Positions 45,301 to 58,360 of a DNA stretch of 64,000 bases are shown here, in pieces (the stretch's first letter is position 1; each line of letters begins with the position of its first letter). The DNA comes from Octopus vulgaris (Eukaryota): the NCBI GenBank assembly GCA_951406725.2, contig OX597815.1:42036001-42100000 (forward strand), given 5' to 3'. The position numbers and the translations under genes are program-made. Below the pieces are notes generated by a model. That model saw only the letters and a program-made list of their open reading frames with translations, had not been told where the DNA came from and made no database searches.

Positions 45301-47599
45301 GATGTTCCAGTCTATATGGATCTACCAGCTCAAAACGTCTTAGTAGATCCAGGAAGCAAGCATTTCCTTTCCTGTCTGTTCGCAATCCTTTACAGTCTAC
45401 CCGCACATCGCAGATTGTGTTGAAGTCTCCTAACATTACTAAAGGGTACGATGTACTCAGAAACTTCTCCAGATTCCGAAAATAATCACTTTCCCCTTAT
45501 TGCTGGGTGCGTAAACCGCAACCAGTCTGATTGTCTTAGGACTACTGAACGTCAAATCAACAACGACCAGCCTACCTTCTGGATCTGAAAAAATCAACTT
45601 TTTCCCAGAAACCCAGTTCTTTTTAACCAGGACCAACACCCCGCTTCCGCTGACCGCCGGGTTTGGAGAGATAATTCCCTCGTAGCCGCCGAACAACGGG
45701 AGCAGATCTCTTGGCCCCTTTAACCGGGTTTCTGTGGCAACAACATCTAGATCCCGTGACCTGATGTCATTTAGGAGGCGTCCTTGCTTCCAGCTCGACA
45801 TCAGGCCACACATTTATGCACCCTACACAAATACGAGACATTACTTACCTTTTCATTTTTTTTCTTCTCTGGTGGTCGTGGGAGGAAGTCCGCTTTAAAT
45901 AATGACTCGTGCAGGTCGAGTCGCGGACCATTAATGTCCCCCGGGTACCCCTCTCTTATTATATTAAAATTCATCATGTCAATATTGTAAACATCGACAT
46001 TTTTGGGGAGTACCCTATGTGTGTGGATTTTGTGTGCCGTTGGGATATTGTCTATTTGTTTTGTTAACCTGTCGTTTGCTTTGTTTATAGAAACGAATAC
46101 TGTCTCGTATTCTATTATTTTCTTTTTGGGGCTTTGTGGGGGTGATGGGGAGGAGAGGGAATTGCTCGGCACTGGGGAGTGGGGGTGGTTCGGGTTGGGC
46201 TGTGGGGGGGTCTTCTCTTTCTCTTTTTGTGGGGAACCATGGTTGGGTGGGGTAGATTTTTCCCCGTGTGTTTGATTTCTTTTTATATGTGCCTGGGTTG
46301 GGTGGGTTTGTGTCAACGTTTTTTCTCTTAGGAGTTTTCTTTTGCCTCACCGTTGTGTAGGCATTTTCGTCTTCCTTAGGTTTTTCTTCCTCCATCTCTT
46401 TACTCTTCTTCTCCACTTCTTCTGTCCTTTTTTCTTCCTCTTTCTTGCGGGTGGGGCATTCCATACGGATGTGTCCCTTTTCGCCACATTCGTAGCATCG
46501 AGGCGTTCACCCCTCCACCACCACCCGCAAGTTAATTTCCTCGCCGCATTGGATGCTCTCTGGGATCTCCTCCAGCGTTTCTGGGGCTGCCTGTATTATT
46601 ACATGTAGAGTCTGGCCTCTCCAATTTTCTTTTTTTATCTTTGTGATATTAACCACTCTTATTTTCCTCTCCAGCCCCATTAATAATGCTGGGAGCAGCC
46701 ACTTTACCTCAATTTCTGGTGGTATGTCCTCGATCCTTATTTTTGATGTTCTCCTCCCCAAATAAGAGGGTAGTAGAGTTATCTCGCTCGTTTTGATTGG
46801 GGTTAAGGAATGTTTTTTCGCCATTTCCTCGTCTCTAAAGTACACTTCTATAGTGGCGTACTTTTTCCCCCATGTCACATAATCTACGTCGTTCCATACC
46901 GGTTGAAGACACTTCTCCGCTTGTTCTTTTGACACCTTCTCGATCTTTTTTTCTTTTATGTAAGACTTATAAATTATAACTCTTTTGAGAGTTTCCTCTC
47001 TAATTACTTGTGGGAGGGTTGCTTTCACATTGTTCCCTTCCTTTGTGAACATTTTTTTATAATTCTCATAGTCTATTTCCTCCATCTTAATTTCTTCCAT
47101 TTTCTTTCTTGCAGCGGCTGCGAAATTGTATGTTGTGGTCTTATCATTTCCTTTGGAAGGCGAACCTTCAATCACTTCGGTTGCTTTCACAACTTCATCG
47201 GAAGGCGAACCTTCAGCAACTTTAGCTGTTTTTACAGCTTTTTCAGCAGGCGAACCTTCGACAATTTTCAATTTGGTTTCATCTATTTTTGCAATTTTTG
47301 ATGTAGGCGAACCTACTACATTTTCTTTTGAGGGTGAACCTCCGTCAGACATTTTTCCATCAGACATTTTTTCAGATGAAAAGATGTTTTTGTTCATTTT
47401 TTACAGAATTATGTTTTTTTTTTTTTTTGTGCTACAACGCACAGCACTTCCCTTCATTACGGAGGGGAATAAGTGTTTTCCTGGTTCAAAACCAGTTACA
47501 GTTCAAAGTAACACTTTTTTAACAAAACAATTTTTAACAAGACAATTTAAATACAATTTCAACAATATTTCACTCACATGTGTTCGAATAATAACGACT
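42371..47599 (-). mobile_element. Tx1-like element B, near full length, multiply frameshifted
   Basis: ORF1 47397 to ~45801 (CCHC knuckle across a frameshift); ORF2 from 45841 with APE endonuclease (GDFN), RT (SAYADD) and C-terminal CPRC..H...C; TSD tgtcagtatgactgcc at 42355-42370 and 47600-47615. Confidence 0.93.
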
Positions 47600-47615
47600 T
47601 GTCAGTATGACTGCC

Positions 47616-50600
47616 ACCAGGCCAGAGATCATGGTGTCTGTCATTACATTTTTCATTCTGGTCTTCCAAATAACCTCTTTAGCAACTGTTACTATCACGA
47701 CAAAGCAATGCTTACCTTCGTTTGTCAAGAAACCAGGCAAGTCAATTTTTAAAATTGACTCAGACGACAGCTGTGCTCATATTCCGTCTGACAACAGGTG
47801 TTCTGCATAGGCCCACACGTCCGAAATTTCCGGACACTGAACAATAGCGTGCAGGACTGTTTCCACATCCTGCTCGCATCTTGGACAGTTCGATGGTCCA
47901 CCGTGACCATGTCTTGTGAGCCTATCCCGAACGGGTAAGGCTCCTCTAACATTGCCAGGCCAAGGACTTCTGAAAGTTATTCAACGTCCTCGGTCCGAAT
48001 GTCCTTTGGGACAGGCTGTCTAACTGATTATTATCGGGACCCAAGGCCCTTCCCAGGGCATTGTCATTTCCGGCCTCTACCAACCTACTATAAAAAGCTG
48101 CGGTAATACCAAAGCCACCGGCATTGCCCGACTTGCGGAAGTAGAAGAGGGTTTTATGGCACTCTGAATACCACATACTCGACCTAAGTCTGCGACGATA
48201 CCAGGTTTCTCTACAATCAAAACTGGCAAAGCTGGGGAACATCTGCCTCGCGAGCGGGGACCACACCCGTTCACCATCCAGGTAGAGCCAAAGATGCCTC
48301 AACCTCAGCGCATGTTTGCGCATCAACAGCCAAGGCATCTCTAACCCACCCTTTAACGGCTTCTGACAGCAAATAGAACGTCTTACAAGAGGAGGGGAAC
48401 CCTTCCACAGAAAGCGAAAGATTTGCCTCTCCATCTTGCTCAACCACGAATCCGGACAAGGAACGACGGTTAGGCGGTAAGTGATGACCGATGCTATAAA
48501 CACATTGGCCACCTCCGCCCTCCCTTTCAAGGATAGCCACCGCCAAGACCAAGTCTCGACCGCGTAAGCCACCTTGCTCGCCACCTCAGACCAGTTCTTT
48601 TCTATCTGGAGATCTGGACCAAGCCAGATCCCTAGCAATTTAACCGGGCCCTCCGTCCAGCATCCCAATATGCTATTCGAAGGCATCGACTTGCCCCTCC
48701 AGGTGCCGAGTTGCAAGCCGACTGACTTTTCAACTCGTGCCCATCCGGCAGCCCTAATACCCTCGCTCCCCATTGCGCGGAGTCTAGCTCTGACGATACA
48801 ACCCATGTGTTTGGCTTCGAGGTGCTGGTTTAATTCCAGTCTCTTCAGCCTAACCTGGGCCCCATCGCCAGATCTCATGGCTTCCTCTAAGGCCTTAACT
48901 AGCCCCTTTTCTTCTCTACGCCCCCCACTAGCTACTAGTCCTATGCTATATGTAATGGACTCGTATTTAATGGCTCTCTTGAGGGCGTACCACCATTTTT
49001 TGTTAATAATGGAACCGGTTAACGCCCTCTGAATTAATAACTTAATCCAGCTTCTGAAATCCTTAATAGCCAAAAGGGACTTATTGAGTTTCCAGTAACC
49101 GAATCCCTTACTACATAACTTATCTAGGTGCAGTTTACCAGTGACCATCTTGTGATCACTGTAACTGACCGGGTGAAGCTGTGGACACTTAACTATGACT
49201 TTATCTATTTTTCTAATGAGAATCCTATCTATATAAGACTTGACAGACCCGTCGCTGTTTGACCACGTCCACTGTGGAGCGTTCGGGAATTCAAGTCTGT
49301 AGGGATCTACCAGCTGAAAGCGACTTAGTAGATCCCGGAAGCCACTGTTTGGTTTCCTATCGTTAGAGCCAACGCCATCGACATGCGCATTGACAATAGC
49401 GTTAAAGTCCCCTAGCATGTCTATGGATTTTGACGTGCCAAGAAACTTCTCTAGGTCTCGAAAATAATCAGTCTGATGTGAATTAGGTGCGTACACCGCC
49501 ACTAGCCTGATTTCCTTACCACAACTGAACTTCAGATCTAAGACGACCAGCCTACCTTCTGAGTCAGAAAGAATTAACTTTTTCTCTGAGACTCGATTTC
49601 TTTTGAGTAAGACCAATACCGCCGTCCAGGAGAAATAAATTTCTCGTAGCCATCCGGGAGCGGGAGTAGATCTCTTGGGCCTTCCACTCGAGTCTCAGTA
49701 GCAACAACAACATCTAAATCCTGCTACCTGGTATCATTTAAGAAACGCCCTTGTTTCCAGTTCGATATCAGGCCGCGCACATTTAAGCAACCTACATGAA
49801 CTACCATAATTCACCTACCTTGTTCATCTGGGTCCGGAGGACGTGGGGAACCCGCCTCTTCTACTTCTTGGGCCCGTGGAATCGGCAGGTTGGTGTTGTT
49901 ATTTTTTGCATCTCGCTTTGTGTCTTCTGCTCTCATTCTCGAGGGGCAGACATCTTTCCTGAAATCGTTTACTTATTGGTTGTACGTCTTCTGACCCATT
50001 TTGTAACTTCTCCATTCGCTTGCCGCTTCTTCTATCTCTATTTCTTCTATATGATGAGTTTCTATTCTCCTCATAATCTCTCTGTTAGATGACCTCATTG
50101 CTACGTACACTTGGTCGTCTGTAGCTTTCTCTGGCTTTTTCGCCTTTTTAATTTCTCTTGCTTTTTCACCTCTTATTTTCTCCAGGGAGGGGTTTTTATG
50201 CTTTCTTTTTTTGGTTTGAGTCCATCCCTCCCCTTCTTCTGGTATAGGTGTCGTTTCCAGTGGTACTTCAGGGTCAGTGTGTTCTTCAGTCCTTTTTTCT
50301 TCTTCTGCCGGCTTACAATTTTTCCTCAGGTGCCCCTTTTTTCCCCGCAAGCGAAGCACCTGGGCTGTCGGCCTTCAACCATAACTGGTAGACGGTTGTC
50401 ACCGATTTCGATAATCTCACTTATCTCTTCTAGCACGGCCGGTTCTTCTTGCAGAATTACTTTCACCTTTTGGTCGTGCCAGTATTTAGTCTCTTCCACC
50501 GTTGCATCTCTAATCTCTAGTCTCTCCTCTAGGCCCAAAGTAATTGCTGCGACTATCTGCTCCGGTTCGATTTTCCGGCGGATCATTCGCTATGGTTACT

Positions 50601-51471
50601 TTGGACATCCTTCTGCCCTTATAGATGGGCAGAAGCGTCACTATTTCCGTTTTCAGTGGGTTCATTGAGTGAAGCCTTGCTTCCTCCTCGTACTCGAACC
50701 ATACCTCTATTGTGCCGTACCTTTTCCCCCCTTGCAATGTATTTTACTTTGCTCCAAATAGGCTCGAGGCATGCCTCCACTTCTCTTTCTGCTGTAAATT
50801 CGATCTTCTTTTCTTTGCTTCTATATGTTTTATATATGATTGTTTTTCTTTCTACATTCTCTTTTACTTCTCTTGGTTGTACGATTTTTGTCTCGTATCC
50901 TTCTTTTTTCATATCCTTTTTGAGTTCCTCTAGGTTTGTGAGTTCGATTTTCTTTTCCTTGGTGCCTGCTGCTTCTGCGAAATTCAGCTGTTTTTTCGCT
51001 AGACTAGGCACATCTATGTTCTTTCGAACCTGCAGCCTTTTTTTCTCATTTTTGTTTTCGTTCTCCTCAGAGTCTGAAAGCAACTTCAATTCGCCGATTC
51101 TTTCCAACTCCTCTTCTGTTTTTTCTGGGCTAACCGCAGTTTGGCTAGCCGTTTTTCCTGGTCTCGCCATGATTTTGCTTGCCGTTTTTCCTGAGCTTTG
51201 GCTTGCTGTTTTCGCCATAATTTGGTTTGGCATTTTTCCTGGGCTTACCATAATTCAGCTTGCCGTTTTCTCTGGTCTCGCCGCAATTAGGTTTGCCGTC
51301 CTTCCCGGGCTGGCCATAATTTGGCCTACCCTCACAGGCAGTTCTTTCACAGAAATAACAAGAGTTTTTAACAATTTTTAACAATATCCCAAAATAAAGG
51401 TAATCCAACAAAGGTAATCCAATAATGGCACGGTAAACAATACAAATAATACTTCCAACTCGACAGTCACG
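47616..51471 (-). mobile_element. Tx1-like element C: RT domain deleted in frame, 3' end missing
   Basis: ORF 47946-49616 joins AAGWARVE directly to KSVGLQLGTW; frameshifted ORF1 ~51317-49800 with 10-aa repeats and zinc knuckle. Confidence 0.92.
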
Positions 51472-51762
51472 TTTAAGAAACACACTATTTCTTTATTACC
51501 CACAAAGGGCCAACGAAGAGGGGGACAACACATGATTTGGGGTCATGAAACAGATGAAATTTACATATAAATGAACTTTAAAATATTTTTACATGAAATA
51601 ACAAAAATCGAAGAAATCGAATGATACACAATTTCTTTTTTATTTTTTTATTTTTTTAAACAGCACGACATAAAAAGAACACATGAAGTGGGAACACCAG
51701 GATTGCCGACCCCACGAGCCCTGTTTTTCCCACCGAAACTCGGCAGCCAACTTACAGCGTGT

Positions 51763-54700
51763 TCACGTGGCCCCTTTCACTCGCAGCAATCGTGCCACAC
51801 GTTTCCATATTTTGTCAAACTCACACGCAGACAGACACCTTTTCTCTAACTCCACCTTTCTTTTTAGGTGGAACCCGAAAAAGATCACCAAGGCGGAGCC
51901 AGAGATCATGGTGCCTGTCTTTACCGCTTTCATTCTAGTCTTCCATATACACTCTTTCGCTACTGCTACTGTACTGAGAAAGCAATGCTTACCTTCACTT
52001 GTCAAAAAGCTAGGCGAGTCAATTTTTATAATTGTCTCAGCCGATAGCTGTACTCTTCTTCCGTCTGACAACAGGTGTTCCGCATATACCCACACATCCG
52101 AAACTTCCGGACACTGAACAATAGCGTGCGAGACTGTTTCCAGATCCCGCTCGCATCTTGGTCAGTTCAATGGTCCACTCCAACCATACTTTGTGAGTTT
52201 ATTCCGAACGGGTAAAGCTCCTCTGAAACATTGCCAGGTCAAAGACCTCTGGAAGTTATCCAATGTCTTCGGCCCGAACGTCCTTCGGAACAGGCTGTCT
52301 AACTGATTTCGATCGAGGCCCAAGGTCCTTCCTAAGGCATCGTCATTTCCGGCCTCTACCAACCTGCTATAGAAAGCTGCGGTGGTACCAAAGCCGCCGG
52401 CATTGCCCGACTTGCGGAAGTGGCAGAGTGCCTTATGGCACTCCGAATACCACATGCTCGATCTAAGTCTACGACGATACCAGGTTTCTCTGCCACCGAA
52501 ACTGACAAAGCTGGGGAACATCTGCCTCGCAAGCGGGGACCACACCCGTTCACCATCCAGGTAGAGCCAAAGATGCCTTAACCTCAGCGCATCTCTGCGC
52601 ATCATCAGCCAATGCATCCCTAAGCCACCCTTTAACGGTTTCTGACAGCAAATAGAACGTCTTACAAGAGGAGTGCTTCCCTTCCACAAAAAGTGGAAGA
52701 TCCGCCTCTCCAACTTGCTTAACCATGAATCCGGACAAGGGACGACGGTCAGGCGGTAGGTGATGACCGATGCTAAAAACACATTGGCCACCTCCGCCCT
52801 CCCTTTCAAGGATAGCCACCGTCCGGACCAAGTCCTGACTGCGTGAGCCACCTTGCCCGTCACCTCAGACCAGTTCTTTTCTATCTGGAGATCTGGACCA
52901 AACCAGATCCCTAGCAGCTTAACCGGGCCCTCCGTCCAGCATCCCACGATGCTATTCGAAGGCATCGACTTGCCCCTCCAGGTGCCGAGTTGCAAGCCGA
53001 CCGATTTTTCACGGTTAATCTTTGCTCCTGTCGCCGTCTTGTAAGCCTTGATGGCATCTCCCACATTACGTAGGAGTTCCACCTCGGTCTCGATGATGGT
53101 GATGTCGTCCGCATACGATGTTACAGATCCTCCACCTCCTGGATTCATCGGGATGGCGCTCAGCTTTCGCAGCAATGGCTCGAGAGCCATCACATACAAA
53201 ATCGAGGAGAGTGGACACCCTTGACGGACAGACTGTCTGATGCGGAACGGCTTCGAAAGGAAGCCATTCACCCGAACGATCGAGTCGATGTTATCGTACA
53301 ATTGTATGATCCACCTGAGGAAGCCAACACCCAGACCGAACTGCGCCAGCACGGACACCAGGTACCGATGGTTCACCCTATCAAACGCTTTACTCTGGTC
53401 TAAATGGACCAGTGCCCCACCTTTGCCAGAGTCATTCCCAAACCTCTCTATTGTGTAGCGTACTAGGTGAAGATTGTCCTGGTTGGTTCTTCCAGGGACC
53501 GCACAAGTTTGTGCCTCCCAGATCAGACCACCCGCGACACGCGTCAACCTTTTCGCTAGCACCTTGGCCAAAATCTTCATCTGTGTTTAGCAGAGTGATG
53601 GGCCGAAAGTTGTCTATGTTGTCCCCCTTGCTCTGGTCCTTTCTGATCAGCGTCACCACTCCCCGATGTACAGATCTGGGAATGAACCCATTCTGTCGCC
53701 AGTTCGCGAAGACGCCGGCCAGCACGTTCCCGAACAAGTCTGGCATTCTTTTATATAGCTCGTAAGGTAAACCATCAATCCCCGGCGCCTTACCTTCACC
53801 GCAGTCGACCAAGACCTCAGCTATCTCCTCAGGCTAGATCGACGCTTCACAGCTCTCCGCGTCTTGCCCCGAGAGGCGCGGCAACCCGGCGAGGATGTCC
53901 GTTAGGTCCACCCTCTCCTCCGGCCCGCCGTCGCCCCCAAAGAGCCGAGCGAAATGCTCCTGAAACGTCCGACACATCTCCTCTGGTTCGGTGATCACAT
54001 CGCCTTGCCCGCTCGTCACAGACTTAATTGTGGAATCGTTTCCACGTTGAGCCTCCACAACTCGTGCCCATCCGGCAGCCTTAATACCCTCGCACCCCAT
54101 TGCGCGAATTCTAGCTCTGACGATACAACCCATATGTTTGGCTTCGAGGTGCTGGTTCAACTCCAGTCTCTTCAGCCTAACCTGGGCTCCATCGCCAGCT
54201 CTCATGGCTTCCTCTAAGGCCTTAACTAGCCCCATCTCTTTCCTACGCCCACTAGTTGCCAGACCTATACTGTATCTAACGGACTCGTACTTGATGGCTC
54301 TTTTGAGGGCGTACCACCATTTGTTATTAATAATGAAACCGGTTAACGCCCTCTTCACTAATAACTCGATCCGGTTTCTGTACTCCTCAATAGCCAGAAG
54401 GGACTTATTGAGTTTCCAGTAGCCGAATCCCTTACTACCTAACTTATTTAGGTTCAGTTCACCAGTGACGATCTTGTGATCGCTGTAACTGACCATGTGA
54501 AACTGTGGACACTTAACTAATCCTTTATCTATTTTTCTAATAAAAATTCTGTCTATGTAGGACCTGACAGACCCGTCGCCACTTGACCACGTCCACTGTG
54601 GAGCGTTCGGGAATTCAAGTCTGTAGGGATCTACCAGCTGAAAGCGACTCAGTAGATCCCGGAAGCCAGGGTTTGGTTTTCTATCTTTTGAGCCAACGCC

Positions 54701-55147
54701 ATCGACGCGCGCATCGACTATGGCATTAAAGTCCCCTAGCATGACTATGGATTTTGACGTGCCAAGAAACTTCTCCAGGTCCCGATAAAAATCAGTCTGA
54801 CTCGAATTAGGTGCGTATACTGCTACCAGCCTGATTTCTTTACCACAACTGAACGTCAGATCTAAGACGACCAGCCTACCTTCTGAATCAGAAAAAATTA
54901 ACTTTTTCTCTGAGACACTATCTTTTTTATGCAGGACCAACACCCCACTCCCGCCCACATGCCGTCCAGGAGAAATAAATCTCTCGTAATCGTCCATGAG
55001 CGGGAGTAGATCTCTTGGCTCTTCGATTCGTGTCTCAGTAGCTACAATTACATTTAAATTCTGCGACCTGATATCGTTTAGTAAACGACCTTGTTTCCAG
55101 TTCGCTACCAGGCCGCGCACATTTATACAACCAACGTAAACAGCCAT
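51763..55147 (-). pseudogene. Element D ORF2 (APE endonuclease, RT, zf-RVT), frameshifted
   Basis: Segments 53834-55147 (INVRG, GDFN, YIDRI, SDH), 53432-53812 (KAPGIDG, FRPITLLN), 52162-53580 (LDQSKAFDRV, QGCPLS, SYADD) and 51763-52095; some frameshifts may be assembly errors. Confidence 0.9.
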
Positions 55148-56499
55148 AGTTTGCTTACCTTATTTCCTCTGGGTCCGGCCGACGGGGGGGAATCCGTCTC
55201 TTCTGCCTCCGGGGACCGTGGAATCGGCGAGTTGCTGTTCTTCTTTTCTACATCCTTCAGGGCATCCCCCTTGCTCATTCTGGATGGGCCTACATCTTTT
55301 CTGAAATCATTTGCTAACGTGTTGAACCCTCTCTGTCCCATCACGTAGCATCTCCAATCTCCACATCTCTCTTCCATCTCCACCTCCTCGATGTGTTGTG
55401 TCTCCACTCTACGCATCACTTCTCTGTTTGCGGTGTTCATCGCAACATATACCTTGTTTTCCTTCTCCGGCTTCTTCGCTTTCTTCACCTCTCTCTTCTC
55501 TTTGCTTATGGTTTTCTCCGGGGAGGGGTTATTGTGTTTTCGTTTTGTAGCAGCAACCTGTGACCACCCCTCCCCTACTTCTGTTGCAGGTGTTGTTTCT
55601 GTTGCCGCCACTTGAGAACTTGGCTTTGTGGGTTCGCCCTTCTCCTTCTCCGCCGGCTTGCAGTCTTTCTTGATGTGGCCCTTCTTGCCACAGGTGAAAC
55701 ACCTGGGCTTCCGGCCCTCCACCATTACTGCCATCCGGCTCTCCCCGATCTCGATAACCTCGCCTATCTCTTCCAAGACGTCCGGCTCGGCCTGTATAAT
55801 AATCCTTACCTTCTGTCCCTGCCACTTTTTGGCATCTTCCACAGTGGCATCGCGAATTTCTATTTTTTCCTCCAGCCCTGCAGTGACTCCAGCCACTATT
55901 AGTTCGGGCTCAACCTCTGGCGGTATGTTAGCAATTGTTATCCTCGAGATGCGCCTTCCTCTATAAATAGGGAGAAGGGTTATTGTCTCTGTTTTCAGGG
56001 GTTTCATGGACTGCTCCCTTGCTTCTTCCTCTGTTCTGAATCTGGTTTCCACCGTACCATATCTTTTACCCCTGGTTAAAAATATGATTTTTTCCCAGAT
56101 GGGTTGTATGCAAGCCTCCACTTCCTTTTCCGAAGAAAAGTCTATCTTCCTTTCCTTATTTCTGTATGTTTTGTACACTATCGTCTTTCTCTCTATCTCT
56201 TCGCGAGATTCTTGTGTCTGATGTAGTTTAATTTCATACCCGCTTCTGGATACTGTTTTTTTCGCTGCTTCTAGTTTGGTCAGATCTATTTTTCTTCCTT
56301 TTGGGCTAGCCGCTTCGGCGAAGTTTAACGTTTTCCTTGCCACGCTTGGCACATCTATATCCCTTTGTACCGCATTTCTGGTTCCCCTACTTTCCTCTTC
56401 GTCCGAGGAAAAGCCGGGTATAGCTGTTATTCTTTCTAGGCTGGACATCTCTGGACTCTGGGTTTGGTCCTCCGTTCTGTCCGCCTTCGGGCTGGCCAT
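55123..56499 (-). CDS. Element D ORF1 (gag-like nucleic-acid-binding protein, RRM-like region plus single CCHC knuckle)
   Basis: Uninterrupted ORF from MASPKA; CFTCGKKGHIKKDC; overlaps ORF2 start by 25 nt. Confidence 0.88.
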   Translation of the reverse strand: MASPKADRTEDQTQSPEMSSLERITAIPGFSSDEEESRGTRNAVQRDIDVPSVARKTLNFAEAASPKGRKIDLTKLEAAKKTVSRSGYEIKLHQTQESREEIERKTIVYKTYRNKERKIDFSSEKEVEACIQPIWEKIIFLTRGKRYGTVETRFRTEEEAREQSMKPLKTETITLLPIYRGRRISRITIANIPPEVEPELIVAGVTAGLEEKIEIRDATVEDAKKWQGQKVRIIIQAEPDVLEEIGEVIEIGESRMAVMVEGRKPRCFTCGKKGHIKKDCKPAEKEKGEPTKPSSQVAATETTPATEVGEGWSQVAATKRKHNNPSPEKTISKEKREVKKAKKPEKENKVYVAMNTANREVMRRVETQHIEEVEMEERCGDWRCYVMGQRGFNTLANDFRKDVGPSRMSKGDALKDVEKKNSNSPIPRSPEAEETDSPPSAGPRGNKVSKLWLFTLVV

Positions 56500-56699
56500 T
56501 ATTGGCCTACCCCTCGTCAGCGGCTTCACTAATATTAGTCAAATAAAATTCGACTAACAAATTCAAAAACAACTTACTTTTTCTTTTTGTTTTTTTTTTT
56601 CTTTTTTCACAATTAACAGCTGGTAATAGAACACACTGACAAAATTTTCACGAGCCGAAAAAAACACGACTGCGACAAGGAATCATTTGAGAAACACAC

Positions 56700-58347
56700 T
56701 ATTTCTTTATTACCCACCAGGGGCGACGAAGAGGGGACATAACAAAACATTGGGGACATAGAACAATATGATTAAAATTATGAGCAAATGAATTATAAAA
56801 TGAAAAAATGATAATATGAAAGCAATGCTAACGGCCCCATCCGCCAGCATCACTTACCTGTCCTTTATCACCCATTTCCCATTACAATTCCAAACTTTTT
56901 TATCACACTCTTCGTTTCTCTTTCATACCTCTCTATCATTTCATCCTTCATTGGCGCTGTCATCCATTTTATACGCACTTCGTTACACTTGTTCACCAAT
57001 GAGTCCATAAGTTCATCTTCAAACACCGCGTAACTACCGTCTTCATGCTCTTGCCATACGTCATTATGAAAAATCCTTTTTGAGTTCTCGGTGTCCCCCC
57101 TCCTCACAACACATAAAAAGTAGGTCTTGGGCCTTTGTTTGTTCTGTGTGTCTGTTTTTGTTTTTCTTGTAGGCGGGGAGCGGGTGGAATCGCTGTTTGC
57201 AGGGGAAGGATGGGACTCCAAGGGTGTGGGTGGTGTTGGGGTGGGTTGGGGCTTCGCACTGTTTTCTTTTTACCTTTTTCTCTTTTTCTCTTTTTTTTCC
57301 ACTCTTGCTGGATATTCTCCTCTTCAGTTGCTTCCCTTTCTGTTAGGTTCTCCTTTTCTTTGGTATCTTCCTTCATTTGGGGCTCCGTGACGACTTCCTT
57401 TTCCTTTGGTGGGGGAGGGCAGTAGGCTCTTATGTGACACCTCAGGCCACACTTATAGCACCTGGGCGCCCTACCCTCCACCCACACTCTCATAATAATG
57501 TTCCCAGTTCTTATAGTATCCGTCAGCCTTTCTATTATTTCCGCCTCCGTCTGTATGTTCATGTCTAATGTGGCACCTCTCACGCCTTCGTATTTCATAG
57601 TGGCGTGGAGGATGTCCACTTTATCTTCGTTTCCCTTGATCACCGCAGCCGTTATATATTCACCCTCTAGGTGTGGAGGTATTCCCTCCACCCTAATTCT
57701 TGTGGTCCTTCTATTTAAATACGAGGGTAGCAAGTATATTTTTTCCGTTCTCACCACCTTGGCTGCTATATTCCTGGCAACGTTCTCGCTTCTATATTGT
57801 ACTGTTACCGTTCCGTACTCCAATTCTCTTGTCAGGTAAACTATTTCCTCTCCAGTCTGTTTCAAAGCCTCTTCAATGGCTTCCATATTAATTATTTCCA
57901 TTTTTTTTCCTCCATTCATATATACTCTATATTTGATGGTTCTACGATTGAACCACTCGCCGCGCCCTGCTGGAGGCGACAGCTCGACCTCTCCGTTCTC
58001 CTCCTCCTTCATAAACTCCTGGAAGCCCGGCAACTTAGCCAGGTCCACCTCTTTTTCTATCGACTTCCTCGTTATTCCTGCGTAGGTACTTTCCATCTTT
58101 TCCACCGTTCTCTCCAACTCCTCCTCAGATGTCGATATTTCCGACGAACTTTCAGATAAATTCCTTCCGGCCATCTCATCCGTATGGGAGAGGCGGCTCA
58201 TAATCGCCTCAGACCGAAAAACGGCCGCCCGAACAGAAACAGTGCGACGCGCAGAACCAGCGCGACGCGAAACCGCACCAACCGAAGTTCAAAACTCCAC
58301 AACAACAACAATACTTTTTGTTCTTTTTTGCCGAATTCTACGAGCCG
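56700..58347 (-). mobile_element. Element E: ORF1-only non-autonomous Tx1-like element
   Basis: ORF 57104-58201 plus frameshifted C-terminus to 56868 with CYKCGLRCHIRAYC; ~170-nt 3' UTR ending in the shared tail; shared 5' motif acgagccgaaaaaacacgac; no ORF2 sequence. Confidence 0.9.
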
Positions 58348-58360
58348 AAAAAACACGACC

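Larger units (their letters stand above)
51486..56685 (-). mobile_element. Tx1-like element D, full length, best preserved
   Basis: Intact ORF1; ORF2 55147-51763 broken by about three frameshifts; flanking repeat ttt(a/g)agaaacacac at 51472-51485 and 56686-56699. Confidence 0.95.

Noticed and set aside
48720-48740. RT deletion in element C as a splicing product
   Set aside because: A GT is available at the upstream breakpoint in related elements, but no AG precedes the downstream breakpoint; microhomology-mediated deletion fits better.
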